From assembly GCA_963674735.2 (NCBI GenBank), contig CAXXQS010000002.1, forward strand, positions 736,001 through 800,000: a DNA stretch of 64,000 bases, read 5' to 3'. Both the position numbers and the translations under genes were made by a program. The notes beneath the pieces are model-generated. The model was not told where the DNA came from. It saw only the letters and a list, made by a program, of their open reading frames with translations, and ran no database searches. The first letter of the stretch is position 1; every line of letters starts with the position of its first letter. Source of the stretch: Myxococcota bacterium. Lineage in GTDB: Bacteria > Myxococcota_A > SURF-8. Shown here piece after piece: positions 13,715 to 23,094 of the stretch.

Positions 13715-14704
13715 ATGCGTTTAATCATCATTCTGGTTGCCCTTCTTTTCCTTGGTTCGATTGCCCTTACACTGGCAACTTTCTGGCCTGAAATCAGCGG
13801 TCCTTCAGAAGAAAAGCCGTTACAAACCCAGCCGAAACAGATTCAAAATAAACCCCTATCCGACAATACAACGGCGCCGACATCACCGAAAGAGCCTTTC
13901 GATCCGGCAAAACGCGACACTTATACACAACGGGATGGAGCTGATTTCATTCTTGCGGCCGAAAGAGCCTACTACGATGCAGCCTCAGAGGATCCCAAAT
14001 CTCAGTTCACCATTGCGAAGCTGCTCGACCTTTGCAAAGCGCGCGCGCAGTTCGACCACCCGGCTCAGGTCGATTGTTTCAATCGTTTTTTCGATCTTGC
14101 AGGGGAAGTGGAGATCGATCCGGTGCTCAATCTCACCGCTTACAGATGGCGCACCATGATGGCGGTCAAGCATAAAAACAAGCGAGATGCCAACTTTTAT
14201 CTGGAGCAGTTGCTCGAACTCGAACCGCCCATGCTTCTGCGCGGCAAGGTATCGACCCCCATGCAAGCGTGGACGCAGTACATACGTGCTCTCACCCTCG
14301 ATATGAATGGTCAGTACAATGAGGCATTAAAGGCGATTGCGTTCTCCATCGAACTCTATGATGCAAGTGGAGAAAAAGACCCAGGAATCTACTACGACAA
14401 CTACCTGCAAAAAGCGGATATTTACGATCACATGCAAAAACCGGGGGAAGCGGTCAAGGTTCGCTTTGAATTGGTCACGATCCTGGAGCAAACCCTCGGA
14501 CAGATCCACCCCGACATCGCCATGGTACGCCTGCTGAATATCAAATCCCTCCTTGCCAACGGCGACAAAGAAAAAGCTCGTAGCGAGTGGGATTACGTCA
14601 ATAACGTCATCGGGCGGATTTTCCCGAAAAAACTACCACCGGAAATCAACAAAATTTTCGGCGAATTGATCGTCTTGCTCGACATGAATCAGCTGAATCC
14701 CTGA
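13715..14704 (+). CDS. Membrane-anchored helical-repeat (TPR-like) hypothetical protein
   Basis: N-terminal hydrophobic segment, Pro/Gln-rich linker, TPR-like helices (GQYNEALKAI..SIEL; LEQTLGQIHPDIA). Alternative start GTG 13679. Confidence 0.6.
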   Translation: MRLIIILVALLFLGSIALTLATFWPEISGPSEEKPLQTQPKQIQNKPLSDNTTAPTSPKEPFDPAKRDTYTQRDGADFILAAERAYYDAASEDPKSQFTIAKLLDLCKARAQFDHPAQVDCFNRFFDLAGEVEIDPVLNLTAYRWRTMMAVKHKNKRDANFYLEQLLELEPPMLLRGKVSTPMQAWTQYIRALTLDMNGQYNEALKAIAFSIELYDASGEKDPGIYYDNYLQKADIYDHMQKPGEAVKVRFELVTILEQTLGQIHPDIAMVRLLNIKSLLANGDKEKARSEWDYVNNVIGRIFPKKLPPEINKIFGELIVLLDMNQLNP

Positions 14705-14710
14705 CGATCC

Positions 14711-16891
14711 TCATCCCTTGATCGCCAAGCGCCCCACCTTGACCCGATCGGTGCCGTCGTTCGGCCCCACCGTAACCTGCAAGCGCTGAGGCCCTTTGAA
14801 GAACCCGATAAAAAGCTCCATCCGCCCGTTGCTCATGTTATGGGGGATGCGTCCCTGCCAAACATCTTGAATGATTTGACCGGGCTTCCAGCGATCGGTC
14901 GGGTAATAGCCTTTTCCGGGCGTATGATCGCCATTGAGCCGACCGCCCCCCAAAGGCGCATCGCCATGAATGAAGATAGAATAGTCGTCGCTCACGGATT
15001 GGAGCACTTTGAAGTAAAACGTCAGCGTTACCGACTCCCCGGGCCGATAGGATTCCTTGTCGCTGGCCCATCCCAGCAGTTGAATTTTATCTTCCCACTG
15101 AGCTTTCATGGGCTGTGGAATGATCGGAACCTGGTCGAGCACCACACCTTTTGATTTCTCCGGTATTCCTTCCGGCTTCTCCGTAGCCACCAGATAAGTA
15201 AACGGATGATCGCTGTTGACGATATACAACTCGCGTTGATTTTCCTTCTTGACCCGATCGCGGAGTTTTGAATAAACATTGCGATCCACCATGCAGAACA
15301 ATTTTCCCGGTCGGGCAAAAAACCGTTTGGTGGTGCCTTGCTTGCGCGAATTCAGATAGACGGATTTGTTCTTGAAGTAGTAGGATACGCTTCGACGCTC
15401 CCAGCTGTGGTACTCGCAGACCGGCTCGTCGTTGGTAGCCGCCTCCTGGTAAGCCTGCCACAACATCTTTTGGGAAAATGTATCGGCCAACCGCGGCAAA
15501 AGCCAGGTATTGCAAAACAAGGTAAACGCCATGGCGGCAACCATCAAACCCGTCAAACTGACCCACCCCATCTTGCGCCTGACGAGTGGCCATCCTAAAG
15601 CGACACCCATGGGAATGAAGAAGGCATACAAATACGGTCGCGGATTGACGCTGGTCGGTAGCGCGCGATCGTAATAGTAAATGAACAGGTGGATCAGATG
15701 CTTGTAGTGAGTCACCAGATCCTTGGCTAGAATGATGAAGATGAAAAGCGCCAGTAACGCTTCCAGTCGGTACTCGGATTTTTGCGGACTGGTCAGCAAC
15801 CGCGCCAAGTAAGCCCCGATGATAAGCGCCATAAAAGGCACCACCGGGAAGATGTAGTGATTGAACTTGGTGGAACTGAGTGAGAAAAAGATATAAGGCA
15901 TGGCAAAACACAGAAAGACCATCAGGTATCTCCGGCCCTTACCGATCAGGTCCGCACTTCGCCAACTGAGAAACCGCAGCACGGCCATCGGAAACAGGGC
16001 CGACCACGGGAAGGTGGCATAGAAAATCTGTTGCACGTATAGATCGAAGGTATTGTTGGGCTTTTTGATCAGCCCTGCAGCGCGTTCGAAATGATGATAG
16101 ATGAAAAATTCTTTGGCGTAGGACATCCCGAATTTGGCGGTCATGAAAACGAACCAAGGCGCGGCCAAAGCAAAGAAAATCAACAATCCGCGTCCGAAAC
16201 GCATGCGCTTGAGCACCGACCAGTCCCAGGATATGAAAATATAGCCCCCCACCACAGAAGCCGGCAGGACGACGGCGAGTAGACCTTTGGACAACATCGC
16301 CAAAGCCGAAAAAGCCCAAAAGGCATAGATCCAACGCGAACGCTTCGAATCGGTATGGAGTCCGAGAAGCAAACACCCGAAGGCAGTTGTCTGAAACACG
16401 ACATACGGCATATCGAAAATGGCCTGACGCGCAATAAAGAACCATTGCGGCGATGTCATCAAAACCAAGGTCGCCAGCCAACCGGTACGCCAATCGAACA
16501 GGCGCAGAGCTACGAAATTGAAAGCCAACAAACCGAAAAGACTCACTAGAACGATCGGCAAGCGCGCGGTAAACTCACTCTGCCCGAAAACCTGGAAAGA
16601 CGTTTTGTAGAGCCAAAGAGGCAAAATCGGCTTGGAAAACCAGCGATTGCCGTTCCGATAATGTGGAACCAGCGAGTCACCGGCATCGTTCATTTCCATG
16701 GCCACCTGAGAGTAATGCGGTTCCCAAGGATCCCAAAGAGCGTACGAACCCAAAGAAGGAAGATAAAGAGCCAATCCAATTACGACAATCAACAGGCTCA
16801 GCGCCACATCTCGCCGCAACCAGAAAGGCAACGTCCGTTCCCGATTTTCATCGTCCCATTCACGCCAGAACCGCCAACCATTCCGAGTCAT
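14711..16891 (-). CDS. GT-C fold glycosyltransferase (ArnT/PMT family 39-like) with C-terminal Ig-like domain
   Basis: LWDPWEPHY, SKPIL, EFTARLP, DMP, LSKG, TKFNHYIFP, many transmembrane helices; C-terminal YSIFIH...DH.P..G.YPT..W.PG domain. Confidence 0.85.
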   Translation of the reverse strand: MTRNGWRFWREWDDENRERTLPFWLRRDVALSLLIVVIGLALYLPSLGSYALWDPWEPHYSQVAMEMNDAGDSLVPHYRNGNRWFSKPILPLWLYKTSFQVFGQSEFTARLPIVLVSLFGLLAFNFVALRLFDWRTGWLATLVLMTSPQWFFIARQAIFDMPYVVFQTTAFGCLLLGLHTDSKRSRWIYAFWAFSALAMLSKGLLAVVLPASVVGGYIFISWDWSVLKRMRFGRGLLIFFALAAPWFVFMTAKFGMSYAKEFFIYHHFERAAGLIKKPNNTFDLYVQQIFYATFPWSALFPMAVLRFLSWRSADLIGKGRRYLMVFLCFAMPYIFFSLSSTKFNHYIFPVVPFMALIIGAYLARLLTSPQKSEYRLEALLALFIFIILAKDLVTHYKHLIHLFIYYYDRALPTSVNPRPYLYAFFIPMGVALGWPLVRRKMGWVSLTGLMVAAMAFTLFCNTWLLPRLADTFSQKMLWQAYQEAATNDEPVCEYHSWERRSVSYYFKNKSVYLNSRKQGTTKRFFARPGKLFCMVDRNVYSKLRDRVKKENQRELYIVNSDHPFTYLVATEKPEGIPEKSKGVVLDQVPIIPQPMKAQWEDKIQLLGWASDKESYRPGESVTLTFYFKVLQSVSDDYSIFIHGDAPLGGGRLNGDHTPGKGYYPTDRWKPGQIIQDVWQGRIPHNMSNGRMELFIGFFKGPQRLQVTVGPNDGTDRVKVGRLAIKG

Positions 16892-16904
16892 TCTACAACC
16901 TCTT

Positions 16905-17705
16905 TCAGGGCGTCGCCGCGCCCGCTTCCGTCCGCTGTCCAGTTACAGACGCCGCCGCATCCGGACTCGCTTCTGGAGACTTCATATTTCCCAACAATTT
17001 TATTATATTATCGTTTGTTAAAAGAGCCTGAAAATCGGGGTCACGCATAACGTCCCAAACCCGCCCCCCCCGAATATCTTCCATCAGAGATTCGTTCTCC
17101 ACCACTTTGCGAAACGCGGGTGATCGGGTGATTTCCTTGACCGCCGGATCCTTCATTACGCTCTTTTTGCGTTCCTTGTCGGCTGAAGCGTCAGCTAAAT
17201 CGGCCAGCTTCCGAGCGGTATCCGGCGTTAGACGATCTCCGATCGCAGAACGTTCCAAAGCTTGGCAAATCAACGATTCACGTACTAAATCAAGGGTTTC
17301 AGGACGATAACGATAAACCTGTTCCTTAACCAGCCCGAACAGGATGAACAACAGAACGACAATCAAAGCTCCCTTGGCCAGCCCGAGGACAAACCCCAAG
17401 TAGCGGTCCCAACCCTCCACCGTCTCCGACCCGGCATGAACCGTTCGAACAAATAGCTTGCCGATGAAAAGTAAGATCAGATAGAGAACCAACCAAACGG
17501 CAACCAGAGCTGGAAACTGTGCGATTTCACGCGACTGCCCCAGTTGTTCCTGCACAAAACCCAGCACGATGGGACGTGACCAGAGCGTTCCCAGATACGC
17601 CAACACCAAGGCCGCAAGTTTGACAATCTGCGCCAACCCCCCGGCAAAGTAGCCGAACAAGGCATACAGCAAGCAGAATCCAAGAATAACGGCATCCAGA
17701 GCCAT
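16905..17705 (-). CDS. cvpA: CvpA (colicin V production) family membrane protein with C-terminal extension
   Basis: D......GY..G pattern, DRYLGFVLGLAKG, ES; start set at ATG 17705. Confidence 0.78.
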   Translation of the reverse strand: MALDAVILGFCLLYALFGYFAGGLAQIVKLAALVLAYLGTLWSRPIVLGFVQEQLGQSREIAQFPALVAVWLVLYLILLFIGKLFVRTVHAGSETVEGWDRYLGFVLGLAKGALIVVLLFILFGLVKEQVYRYRPETLDLVRESLICQALERSAIGDRLTPDTARKLADLADASADKERKKSVMKDPAVKEITRSPAFRKVVENESLMEDIRGGRVWDVMRDPDFQALLTNDNIIKLLGNMKSPEASPDAAASVTGQRTEAGAATP

Positions 17706-17885
17706 GAAACGGAACTCCCATGAAAAAGTTGCGTCATGGTAGCGAGAGATCTGCGGAAAGTCAATTGTGCAACACCCTAAAAACACTCGCTTGACGCCAC
17801 ACGCCACCAAGGCTACACTCGCAACGGCGGTATCGAAGAATAGCTGCCGGACCAACCGCTTATCTCAACAATTAAGGATGCAGCC

Positions 17886-18608
17886 ATGGCCACCAAGCCG
17901 ATCCTTCACCGACTGCTTTATTTTGCACGGGATACCGTCTGGCGGTCCTTGTTCCCGGTTTTACGCGAAAACGTACGCGGTCAGGTATTGGATGTCGGCG
18001 GTTGGGATTTTTTCACCACTGCGGTTGAAAAAGGTGTGACCTTCGAGATGTGGACCAACCTCGAACCCGACCCGGATCGCCCACTGCCGATCGAGGATCC
18101 ACGCTACAAGTTAGTCTGCGGTGATGGCTGCGCCATGCCTTTTGACGACGAAAGCTTTGATACGGTGCTGAACATCCAAGTACTGGAACATGTGCTGGAA
18201 CCCTTGGCCATGGTATCCGAATGCGCCCGCGTCCTCAAACCCGGCGGCCGCGTCGTCTTTCTCATTCCGCAAACCGGTGTGCTACACCTGGAGCCGCATC
18301 ATTACTACAATTTCACTCCGTTCTGGATCCGTCAAGCCATGGAGCGGTATGGGCTGTGCATCGAACGGCACGACCCCTTGGGCGGCGTCTGGAAAACGGA
18401 AGCTTCACACCTGTTTTATTTTTTGTATGGCCTAATCCGGCGGCGTTTGCGGTCGCCCATCGGTATCAAACGACCAGTGGCCTTTTATCTGCTTCTGCCC
18501 TTCATGAGCCTATATACCTTGCTCAACATCCCGATTTGTCTCTTTTTCGGTCTGGCCGACCTGCCGGAAGAAGCCAACAATCACTTAGTAGTTGCACGCA
18601 AGCTCTAA
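17886..18608 (+). CDS. Class I SAM-dependent methyltransferase (type 11)
   Basis: VLDVGG, MPFDDESFDTV, QVLEHV.EP, RVLKPGG, H.EPHHYYNFT. Confidence 0.85.
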   Translation: MATKPILHRLLYFARDTVWRSLFPVLRENVRGQVLDVGGWDFFTTAVEKGVTFEMWTNLEPDPDRPLPIEDPRYKLVCGDGCAMPFDDESFDTVLNIQVLEHVLEPLAMVSECARVLKPGGRVVFLIPQTGVLHLEPHHYYNFTPFWIRQAMERYGLCIERHDPLGGVWKTEASHLFYFLYGLIRRRLRSPIGIKRPVAFYLLLPFMSLYTLLNIPICLFFGLADLPEEANNHLVVARKL

Positions 18609-18631
18609 ACGTCCGAATTCCCAAATCCAAT

Positions 18632-18660
18632 AAAAAACGCCCCCCGCAATCGAGGAGCGT
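18632..18660 (-). terminator. Rho-independent terminator
   Basis: Minus strand ACGCTCCTCG-ATTG-CGGGGGGCGT (10 bp stem with two G-U pairs) followed by a T run, downstream of the 18686-20743 gene. Confidence 0.7.
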
Positions 18661-18685
18661 CTGAATACCGTGGAGATAAGAGCTG

Positions 18686-20743
18686 TCATTCAAGATGCAC
18701 GGGGGCTTGCCACACTCCGCTGTTGCGTGTGAAATTCCAGCGCTCGGTTTGTCCTTTCTCGGTCAGGTCCACCTGGAAGGGACCGAACGAGGGCGTATCC
18801 TCGTTGTCGATATAGATGTTGATCGTCGCGGTCGCTTCTTCTTTCCCGAGGCTGGTCAAGCACAGGTAATTGAGCGGATCGTTCACGGCATACGGGCAAT
18901 TCTCATCGAAATTGAGACGGAACTCGTAAGTGCCATCAGGCGCGTAAGCGTGGGTGACGGTCTCGGTCGTACACACCGAGGCGGAACCACAACCCATCAG
19001 GTTGATGGTGCCATAAGCGCTTGGAACCTGGCAGGTTCCCGTGCTGGCCGCGCAAACCTCCTCATTGTAAAGGTTCCCGAGTGGGATGACATACATCAAA
19101 TCCACATCGCTCAAAGCGCTGATTCCGCTATAACTCGCCTGAATACGCATGGTGGACAATCCGGCCGTGGCGGTTACCTCGACATTCTTCGGATCCGATT
19201 CATCCCCCTGCTCATCGGTCACCACCAACGAAATCAGGTAATTGCCCGCCACATCAAAGAGCAATGAAACCGTTGGCGAGGTCGTGTCGGGAATCAGGTT
19301 GGCCACCGACGCAGGCGGTTTGGTGAGATACCATTGGAAGGTCAGATTACCCGAATTTCCATCGGGATCCCGACTGATGGCCCCATAGAACGTCTTGGTG
19401 GAACCCACCGGAATTTCGAGTGGCGCACCGATGTCGGCACCGTTTTCCACCTGAGAGACACGCGCTTCGGGTTTTTCGTTGCGCGCACTCCCCTCCGCCA
19501 GAATGGGGAAGTAGAAACTGGTTCCGTTGAAATCGGTATCGACCCGCAGCTCGGCGTCGTAGTTTTCAACGGCACTGGGATTGAAGGTCAACTGAAATTC
19601 GTGATTGGCTCCGGCCGCCAAAGCAACCGGGTCCATGCCACCGGCCGATGAAGTGAAGATGGTCTGCCAGTTGTCAATGCCGGTGATCCGTAAAGAGGTG
19701 ATATTGATTTCGCCCACATCTCCTTTGTTGGAGAGCCGGACATCCAAGGGTTTCGCACCAAAAAGTGGAACCGATCCGAAGTTCAGGACGGGTGGGGTCA
19801 TGTAAATCTGGCCGATCACAGCATCGCCGCTGATCGGGACTTCGAGCACCTGACCGGCACTGTCGAGATTGGTATGGTATTCGACAACCAATTTATCGCT
19901 GTATTCACCCGCCGTTATGGGATCGAACCAGATGGTGAACGGCGACGAGGAACTCGCCGCGATGGTCAGCGGCTCGTCCTCGCTGATTTCCAATTCGTGC
20001 TCATAACTAAACGGCTGAGCGCCGTTGGATTGCATGTATACTTGGGTCACGATGATCTGGCTCGATCCGGTGCCCAGGTTGCCGATTTTAAGGCGCTTCT
20101 GGGCCGCGTGGGTACCCAAAGCTTTCTCTTCGAATTCCACCGCATCGGGATCCGAACCGATCTCGGCCTCCCCGATTTCCTTAACGGCATCGCCCGCTAA
20201 ATTCAACGTCGCCTCAGGCATGTTATCGCTATCATTCGAAATACGTAGAACTCCGGGATTCTCTCCCAGGACGATGGGCTGGAAACGGATTTTGAACGTG
20301 AAACTCTGACCCGGTTGAATGGTCGCTTCCATATAGCCGTCGAGCGACCAGGGGTTGTCCACTTGCGGTTCAGTGAAGGTCGCCTCGTAGAGGTGCATCG
20401 CCTGATTACCATCGTTGTAAATCACCACATCGGCAAAGGCCGAGTCGACCAGTTGCACTTCGCCGAAGTCCAACGTTCCGTCGGGGGTCATGCGAAAGAT
20501 GCGGGTGGGGTTGGGGTCATCGCCATCGGCCGGCAAATCGCCATCGATGGGAATACACACCTGATCCGCACCGCAAACCTCGCCGCTTGGACAATTGGAA
20601 TCCGTGGTGCAAGGGGTATCGCCATCCGCCCCATCCCCGTCGGGAGCGGTCGAGCTGCCGCCGCCGCAACCGGCCATCCATAGAGCGGCAAACGCCAAAG
20701 CCATCCAGATTAACGGACGAATACGGGTTTCGTGAGACGTCAT
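18686..20743 (-). CDS. Surface lipoprotein with Cys-rich motif, three ASH/choice-of-anchor-D-like Ig domains, a PKD-like domain and a C-terminal domain
   Basis: Lipobox LWMAGC; CTTDSNCPSGEVC; repeated LDFG/LNFG...N.G...F.P...G Ig pattern; SRDPDG..LTFQW.L..PP.S and AGNYLISLVVTD PKD pattern. Confidence 0.75.
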   Translation of the reverse strand: MTSHETRIRPLIWMALAFAALWMAGCGGGSSTAPDGDGADGDTPCTTDSNCPSGEVCGADQVCIPIDGDLPADGDDPNPTRIFRMTPDGTLDFGEVQLVDSAFADVVIYNDGNQAMHLYEATFTEPQVDNPWSLDGYMEATIQPGQSFTFKIRFQPIVLGENPGVLRISNDSDNMPEATLNLAGDAVKEIGEAEIGSDPDAVEFEEKALGTHAAQKRLKIGNLGTGSSQIIVTQVYMQSNGAQPFSYEHELEISEDEPLTIAASSSSPFTIWFDPITAGEYSDKLVVEYHTNLDSAGQVLEVPISGDAVIGQIYMTPPVLNFGSVPLFGAKPLDVRLSNKGDVGEINITSLRITGIDNWQTIFTSSAGGMDPVALAAGANHEFQLTFNPSAVENYDAELRVDTDFNGTSFYFPILAEGSARNEKPEARVSQVENGADIGAPLEIPVGSTKTFYGAISRDPDGNSGNLTFQWYLTKPPASVANLIPDTTSPTVSLLFDVAGNYLISLVVTDEQGDESDPKNVEVTATAGLSTMRIQASYSGISALSDVDLMYVIPLGNLYNEEVCAASTGTCQVPSAYGTINLMGCGSASVCTTETVTHAYAPDGTYEFRLNFDENCPYAVNDPLNYLCLTSLGKEEATATINIYIDNEDTPSFGPFQVDLTEKGQTERWNFTRNSGVWQAPVHLE

Positions 20744-20997
20744 CGAACATCACCTTTCCGTTAGAACACACTGATCGTGGCGGTCACTACCTTGACCTAT
20801 GATCATAGTATGTGCAACGGCGCGTGTCAATTTCGTTCCAGCGGTAATCGATCGAAACAAAAACCCGGGTTTGATCTCGCCGTCGGATCGGGTTCTATTG
20901 ACTTTGCCCGTCACGTAAGACACAATCGGAGCTGTATCAGGAAAGCTATTCCATATCCAGCGCCTTTCCGGGCAACCCACAAGCGGAGCTTTGCAAT

Positions 20998-23094
20998 TTG
21001 ACATCACCGCGCGCCTTCATTTCTCACCTCGATCGCTTTCAGGACACCGCCCGACGGTTGGGGGCGCGAGTGGTTCTTCCACGTCCGGACGGCAGCCTGC
21101 TGGCCGTATGGACACATGACGATCAACGTGCCGAGTTGATTTGGCAACCACGCGCAATTGCGGGGGAAATAACCGATGATCGTCTGGCAGGCGAGTTCGT
21201 CGTTCGGGGTTTGGACGATGAACACATCAAACAAGCTTTGGATGTCTTCGCCGACCTTCAAGCGATGCCCAATCCTTTTCCGCCGCCTATTTCCGACGAC
21301 CCGAAGCAGCCGATACAGCTCAACCGCTGGTTTGTTCACGCTCATTTAACCTCGCATCTGGAAGTAGGACGTAGCGTGTGGGGACCGTTCCGACTGGCCA
21401 AAGTAAGCGAAAACGGCCCTCAGATCATACGCTTGCATTTCGAGGGAACCCAACCTCCCCTGGTAGTCGAAATCGGAAGTCTGCAAGCCGTCGAGAACGA
21501 CCTTGCAACGAATGGGTGGCACCCCGCCCCACCGCTGGCGCTACGCGTCTGCTCGGTTCCCGATACCGCCTCGCTAAACTCACCTCTGGCGCTTAAGGTA
21601 TTGGATTATCTCCGCTTCGCCCTCGCACGCAGTTTCACACCCGATCAACCGCTACAAACGCTCGGAACGGACGATCTTCCACCGGAAACGTCCCAAACCA
21701 AGACAAGCAAGCAGCAAGCCGAATTCGATCCACGCGATGAAATCGACCCCGGTCGATTTTTTATCGGTTGGTTGCGCCCAGGTGCAACCGAGGGAATTAG
21801 CACGCTTTTCGACGATCCCGACTTGGCGATTATCCTTTATGGAGCCAATTCCTGCTGCATGAAACATCCAGTCATCGACATCGACGATCCGGGCGCAGCC
21901 GGTGCCGCCCGTTTCGATGCGCTGGCTTTGACCCTGCCGCAAAGACGGGTGGCGGTGAGCAACATGCACGAGTTGGACCTGATCCTCGGCGACGAAACCG
22001 CTTTTCGTCAGGCCCTGGAGGATGCAATCGCCAACTCGAAAGCTAGAGCCGTCGTTGTGATCGCAACTTGTGTCGTGGATATGATCGGATCGGACTTGCA
22101 CGGTATTGTGAAAATGGCTCAGGATCGCAGCGACAAGCCGGTTTTATTGTTCGAAACCCGGCCCCAGTTTGCCGAAGCCGATTATTTGGGCGATATCTGG
22201 TCAACCTTATTCGAGATTGCCGATCCTCGGGAAGTTCCGAAGAAGCGGCACATCAACGTGATCGGTCTAGCGGCCCCCGCAAGCCGTAGCGCCCGAACTC
22301 TGAGGCGGGAATTGGCCGAACTGGACCTGACGGTCAACCACTTTTTTTTCCCTTCCTTCCGATTGCAGGCGCTCAGCGAGTTTTACCGGGCGGAAACATC
22401 GATCATCGCCGACACGCTGGCCACGCGCCTCGAATTCGCCACGATCGCAACCCGACTCCCCGAAACCCATCGCCATGCTCTCGATCCGCCCTTCGGCCTA
22501 GCGGCCAGCCTGAAATTCTATCGCTACATCGCAGAGTTGTGCGGAATCGAGGAAACGAAATACAAAACCGCAGTGACGCGTATCTGGAAAGCACAAGCGA
22601 CGGAATGGGAACATCTCCAATCCCGCGCCAAATCTTTTCGCGTCCTGCTGGTAATATCGCCGGAGGATGCCGACTTCCTGCTGGACCCCGGTTCTCGTTA
22701 CGGGTTGGACCTTCCCGCCATCCTGCTTGAAATGGGCTTTTCTTTGCAGATTCTGTGTCTGCCGCAAGAGCGTCCTTCGGATGCGCTAGCCCTGCGCGAT
22801 CGCCTCGCGCAAACGATCTCAGTTCGTGTCCCAAACACGGCAAACCTGTGTTTCGACGTTCTGGCCGATGTTTCCACCTTGCCGGAATGGTTGGCCAAAT
22901 CCGACGCCTCCCTGTTATTCAGCGAATTTCCGGGAGATACCCGCGCCCTTCAAGCCGGGCTGTTGCCCTTGACGCCGCATCACTTCGAGCCGGGATTGGC
23001 CGGTGCACGCCGGACTTTGAGGCGGCTGGTGCGTCTGGCCGAAGCCTCCAAGCGGCTGCTAGGAAAAGATGTCAAAGGAGGAAAGCGCTCATGA
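20998..23094 (+). CDS. Nitrogenase component-1-like oxidoreductase subunit A with N-terminal extension
   Basis: IILYGANSCC...SNMHELDLILGDE..F..AL...VVVIATCVVDMIGSDL..IV and INVIG match the NifD/E/K/BchN fold pattern (T.l.E.d.i.Gge; TC...IGdD; iNiiG). TTG start after GGAG. Confidence 0.75.
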   Translation: MTSPRAFISHLDRFQDTARRLGARVVLPRPDGSLLAVWTHDDQRAELIWQPRAIAGEITDDRLAGEFVVRGLDDEHIKQALDVFADLQAMPNPFPPPISDDPKQPIQLNRWFVHAHLTSHLEVGRSVWGPFRLAKVSENGPQIIRLHFEGTQPPLVVEIGSLQAVENDLATNGWHPAPPLALRVCSVPDTASLNSPLALKVLDYLRFALARSFTPDQPLQTLGTDDLPPETSQTKTSKQQAEFDPRDEIDPGRFFIGWLRPGATEGISTLFDDPDLAIILYGANSCCMKHPVIDIDDPGAAGAARFDALALTLPQRRVAVSNMHELDLILGDETAFRQALEDAIANSKARAVVVIATCVVDMIGSDLHGIVKMAQDRSDKPVLLFETRPQFAEADYLGDIWSTLFEIADPREVPKKRHINVIGLAAPASRSARTLRRELAELDLTVNHFFFPSFRLQALSEFYRAETSIIADTLATRLEFATIATRLPETHRHALDPPFGLAASLKFYRYIAELCGIEETKYKTAVTRIWKAQATEWEHLQSRAKSFRVLLVISPEDADFLLDPGSRYGLDLPAILLEMGFSLQILCLPQERPSDALALRDRLAQTISVRVPNTANLCFDVLADVSTLPEWLAKSDASLLFSEFPGDTRALQAGLLPLTPHHFEPGLAGARRTLRRLVRLAEASKRLLGKDVKGGKRS

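Noticed and set aside
22755-23090. ORF-track N-terminal extension of the second nitrogenase-like gene (541 aa)
   Set aside because: It overlaps the upstream gene; ATG 23091 has a strong AAGGAGG and an ATGA coupling.
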